A stretch of 40,522 bases of DNA from Octopus bimaculoides (lineage: Eukaryota): positions 139,116,933 through 139,157,454 of the forward strand of contig NC_068981.1 of NCBI RefSeq assembly GCF_001194135.2. The letters are read 5' to 3'. The translations under genes were made by a program, and so were the position numbers. Positions 36,385 to 40,522 of this stretch are shown here, in pieces (positions within the stretch are counted from its first letter, which is position 1; every line of letters begins with the position of its first letter). The notes under the pieces are model-generated. The model ran no database searches. It was not told the origin of the DNA and saw nothing but the letters and a program-made list of their open reading frames with translations.

Positions 36385-36645
36385 ATGGCGTAGTGGTTAA
36401 GAGCGCGGGCTACTAACCCCAAGATTCCGAGTTCGATTCACGGCAGCGACCTGATTAATAATAATAATAGTAATAATAGTAATAATATAATAATAGTAAC
36501 ATCGTTAGGAATGAGAACCCAGGTTCAAAATTTCCCCAAGACACCTGACGAAGGCTGCAGGGTATATCAGCCGAAACGTTGTGTTAACAACAAACAAGAT
36601 GAGGACAAATATCCGTCAAATGTAAATAATGTAAATAATGTAAAA
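36385..36645 (+). mobile_element. tRNA-headed SINE-like element carrying a minimal HHR
   Basis: A box TGGCGTAGTGG (36386-96), B-box-like GAGTTCGATTC (~36429-39), (TAA)n spacer, HHR at 36541-36585, and (AATGTAAAT)x3 tail. Confidence 0.75.
36541..36585 (+). ncRNA. Minimal type I hammerhead ribozyme (Penelope-type)
   Basis: ACAC-CTGACGA-A-GGCTG-CAGGGTATAT-CAGCC-GAA-ACGT-T-GTGT. Stem I is ACAC/GTGT, stem II has 5 bp, stem III is the palindrome ACGT, and the triplet is GUU. Confidence 0.75.
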
Positions 36646-36699
36646 ATATTAGTGTCGTCATCGTGAAAGCCATTAGAGACAACGCTGACTATTGGTTCT

Positions 36700-37050
36700 T
36701 TGTCACTATTGCAATACGATATATGGTGCTGGTGAGCACTGGAATGAGCGTTAACGAAATGTTTGCAAGTAGAGACGCTTTGGACTTCCGAAAACGACAA
36801 AACGATACCGGAATTGTGTCCTGTAGTTGGGGTGGAGAGGAAGAGCATTAAGACTGGCAGTGCAATGAGCAAAGTACAACTGTTTCACATGTGGAAGACT
36901 GAGTGAGTTTAAGAAACGGGATAGCATATACAGTAACAGCATGTCACGAGGGAGGCTGGTCTTAGGGCACCACCATTCGCAACTGTGGAAGAGATCGCTC
37001 CTTCCTCTGTTCCGAAAGCTGTCCAGTAAGTCGACAAGGAAACCATAATT
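36700..37050 (+). pseudogene. Possible LINE ORF1/gag-like remnant
   Basis: IPELCPVVGVERKSI followed, after a frameshift, by KYNCFTCGRL (partial zinc knuckle). Confidence 0.25.
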
Positions 37051-37117
37051 CCCTCCTCGTAGCAGTACCAATACTTTGTCTTATGATGAAGGGTATGAAA
37101 TGGAGAACGGAGAAGGA

Positions 37118-37176
37118 GGCAGCCTGTCGGGAGCAGCTTGTCGGGAGCAGCCAGTCTGGAGCAGCTTGTCGGGGGA
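37118..37176. repeat. ~14-bp tandem repeat GCAGCTTGTCGGGA, about 4 imperfect copies
   Basis: Directly visible. Confidence 0.8.
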
Positions 37177-37751
37177 AGTTAGAAAAATGTAATGTAAAAA
37201 TAATAAATATACAATGAGCTTCCACATATTTTTCGTCTAACAACTTTCATGAAGACACTTGCTTAAAGTGTATTGTAGTATGATGCAAACCAGAAGAAGC
37301 ATTGTTACTCATACAATCATTTCAAGTTAACCCTAAAAATTTTTAAGTTTCTCAGAAATTGTTATGGAAATAACGCAATTTTTTTCGTAAATTTGTAGCC
37401 AGTTTGGCATCGAAAAGATAGCAAATTAAGCATCAATTTAGAACAAAATGTTATTGAAAATATTTTATTGTTCACTTTCAACTTGAATATAGATTATTGG
37501 TTTCGAAATTTTGAAAAGGAAATCAAATCACACGTTAAAAGAATTACACCTCCTTATATATATAAATACACATACATACATATAAACGCACACACACACA
37601 CGCACACACACACACGCATGCACGCACACACATACATACACACATGCACACACACATACACACACACTTATACATTTATGATGATAGTATCTCACTGATA
37701 TGAGAAATACAATGAACAAACGTACATTTACATATATACATGCATATTTAC

Positions 37752-37835
<84 letters not shown>

Positions 37836-38181
37836 GTCCATCCGGTAGATTATTACATATGGAGCATAGTGAGCTGAATTACTTCGATTAAGAGCGATTA
37901 TCCTTTTAAGTACTCCTTCAAGGCGCTCTTAAATCTCGAAACAAAACATACTCGACAACTCCAACAATATCAGCTAATTTAGATTTTTGAAAACTGACAA
38001 TAATGCAGCTGGGAAGGGATCTTATCTTTAAAAGCAGACCAATGAAACCAATGAACTTATTTCCACCTTATTACTCCTTAGTGAAGTATATTCACCTCAT
38101 TTGGCTAGGCTAAGTAGCGATCATTTATGTAAAGAGAGGAAAAATGACAACACTTATGAATAAAATAGGATAAGTGAAAGT

Positions 38182-39200
38182 ATTAGGTTGTCAGATGAAC
38201 TCCGCTGTTTTCCCACTTATTTTGCCATCTTTATTTTTCGCTAGCAGTTTTAACAATTCGGTCTGTTATACATTCTTCATTATTACCTCCGCCTTAGCGA
38301 AAGCGGAGGTATTGTTTTCAGTCGTTTGTTTGTTTGTTTGTTTGTCCGTGGATGAGATATCTCAAGAACCGCTGGATGGATTCGGAGATCCGGTAACGGA
38401 CAAGGATTCTGGATTATTTTTCCGGGGTTTTTACTTAAATTTTGAGAGCGGTCGAGTTCATTTTTAATATTCTCTCTTATGAGAGCAGTCGAGTTTATTT
38501 AAGATATTCTCATTTTAAAAATCGTTTCTGGCTGATCGTTGAGAGGACGTTGGTGTTGCCTTGGCAGAGGTTTGCATTCTTTGAGTGTTCTTATTAATCA
38601 TGATTTCTTGTCAGTGCCTTGAAGACAGAAATTACGGATCCTGACTCGAATAATTCATTGAGCTGTATTTTCAGCTCTTTGTTGTTGAACGAAAGTCTTC
38701 GAAGACTGTCAGAGAACGACTGAAAAAGACGATAATCTGAAGGCATTGTATCAGGAGAATATGTTGGGTGCGGCAGAACTTCCCAATCGAGCTCTTGAAT
38801 AGCGATTTTGGCCAAATTAGCGCCGCGAAGGTGAGCGCTGCCGTATTGCATCGAGGTTTTGGACCTTACTCATCGAGTGAATGTGATGGGTGACTGTATC
38901 ATGAAACGGCCCATCTGACGGACCAATTCTGAAATGAACTGGAGCGGTTCTACATGAATCGATCCTCGTTGAAGTGAATTGGTCAACCGAAACGTGAAGA
39001 GTCTGTGAGGTTAATTTTTCCCTTACTTGTAGTGTGAAAGCCATTTCTGTCCATTTCTTTCTACAGCAGTACCATATCCATATACAACATAAATGTCTCA
39101 AGCAGCTTTGGCAGCTTTGGAACTTTGATTAAAAGCGAAGAGAAGTAGGCATTGAAAATGCTCATTTTTTTTTCTACTCGGTATTCTATCATCATATGTA
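38182..39200 (-). mobile_element. Internally deleted, decayed mariner transposon
   Basis: N-terminal KNEHFQCLLLFAFNQSSKAAKAA*DIYVVYG..ERNGQKW, C-terminal WEVLPHPTYSPDTMPSDYRLFQS, and TIR-like TATTAGGTTG at ~38182. Confidence 0.85.
38281..38594 (+). mobile_element. Helentron-associated non-autonomous element (HINE/DINE-1-like) inserted in the mariner
   Basis: 5' hairpin ACCTCCGC-CTTAGCGAAA-GCGGAGGT (38285-38310), (GTTT)n, 3' subterminal IR GGCAGAGGT, and a short terminal stem-loop. Confidence 0.75.
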
Positions 39201-39459
39201 TGAAAAGAGATAAAATACATTCATATTTAGAAAACAACAAACCAGAGTTGTATTGGAAAGACAAAAAGAAAGACAAAAAGTACCCCACCACCCAAAAAAA
39301 ACAAAAAAAAACTACGAAACACTACGATAAAAATATTTTTCATGTTAATTCAAATAACATCATAAAGAAACAAAAGAATTTATCTGACAACCCAATACCT
39401 CAGAGGAGCGTTCAGTAAGATAAATACACAAGTAGTGTGTTCTCAGATATGATACATAG

Positions 39460-39530
39460 CAGGCAAGGCCGGTTGGTTAAAATGTTTGTTTCGCACTCAC
39501 GAGGTCTGGTTCGATCCCATTGCGTGTAAG
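39460..39530 (+). mobile_element. Degenerate tRNA-derived SINE head
   Basis: GGTTGGTTAA..GGTTCGATCCC A/B-box-like motifs. Confidence 0.45.
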
Positions 39531-39863
39531 CCCATACATATATGTTAGTANNNNNNNNNNTCTACATGTATATATAGATGCATATCTGGGTACATGACGT
39601 TCCAAAAAAAAAAAATGGACAAAATGATAAACAAGGTACGGAAAACACACAGGCCACATAGAGAACATTTCCTTCATCAGCTGCCACCATTACAACACTG
39701 GCGTTTCGAAGAGTATATGTGTGTGTGTGCGCGTATTTATAAAGACAAGTTTATATCATTCCCTACGGGCGTTCGGCATTGTGATTATTTGCAACCTCTG
39801 CATTGTATGTTTCAAGTACAATTGGATGCTGAACCACACCAACCAGCAAGGTAACACTTTATT

Positions 39864-39915
<52 letters not shown>

Positions 39916-39962
39916 NNNNNNNNNNATATATATCTATATATATATATATATATATATACATA

Positions 39963-40112
39963 TATACGACGGGCTTCTTTCAGTTTCCGTCTACCAAATC
40001 CACTCACAAGGCTTTGGTCGGCTCGAGGCTAAAGTAGAAGACCCTTGCCCAAGATGCCACGCAGTAGGACTGAACCCGGAACCATGTGACTGGTAAGCAA
40101 GCTACTTACCAC
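39963..40112 (-). mobile_element. Family A SINE head/core
   Basis: Near-identical to 27090-27252. Confidence 0.85.
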
Positions 40113-40477
40113 ACAGCCACTCCCGCGCCTATGATAAGGGAAAAACTTACAAAAGTAGTTTTACAGTTAACACGTAGGCACTTTAAATTTCTTTTAAAAC
40201 ATTTTATTACATTTAAATTTATATCTTACAAACTGAAAAGAGAGTTTGAGAAAATTAACTAAATTAGCATAGAATAATAGTTTCATAATTTTTTTATAAT
40301 TAAGATCTAAACTGTTAATATATGAATGCGAAAGAGATAGTTGAAGAACTGTAAACCTACTTTTGGGCCGCCCTGTATTATAGATGTTCTATTTTTCACA
40401 TTGACTAGGCTAACTACGGGTGAAACTGTGAAGTCACTGTCAATACAATTATATACAAATATGTGTATGTATGTTTG

Positions 40478-40522
<45 letters not shown>

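Noticed and set aside
36385-36453. Possible tRNA gene
   Set aside because: No proper acceptor stem could be formed, and it continues into a repeat body, so it was called a SINE head.
39640-39712. Minus strand GAAACGCC followed by CAGCTGATGAAGG (both HHR halves in permuted order)
   Set aside because: Stem I does not pair, U16.1 is missing, and no GAAA follows the downstream stem, so no valid topology can be built.

Overview
AT-rich, repeat-saturated metazoan genomic DNA with about 4.9 kb (~12%) of assembly gaps. The SINE families and microsatellite load look like an Octopus-type cephalopod scaffold; this is inference from family recognition, not a database result. I can support no intact host gene. 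Most ORFs in the track are artefacts of N runs and microsatellites. The window holds many tRNA-derived SINE copies (at least four families, two with clean TSDs, one nested in another SINE). It also holds decayed LINE fragments (R4/Dong-like RT-RLE 3' part, RTE RT fragment, a probable RTE 3' end with three C2H2 fingers), a Penelope-like GIY-YIG fragment, mariner remnants and MITEs, and a Helentron-type non-autonomous element inserted in a mariner. The main unexpected signal is RNA-level: six type I hammerhead-ribozyme (HHR) or HHR-like motifs from about five unrelated repeat families. One is fully canonical (8701-8788) inside a structured element with interleaved inverted repeats. One sits in the 3' body of a tRNA-headed SINE (36541-36585). 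All folds were done by eye, and no activity or novelty has been verified.
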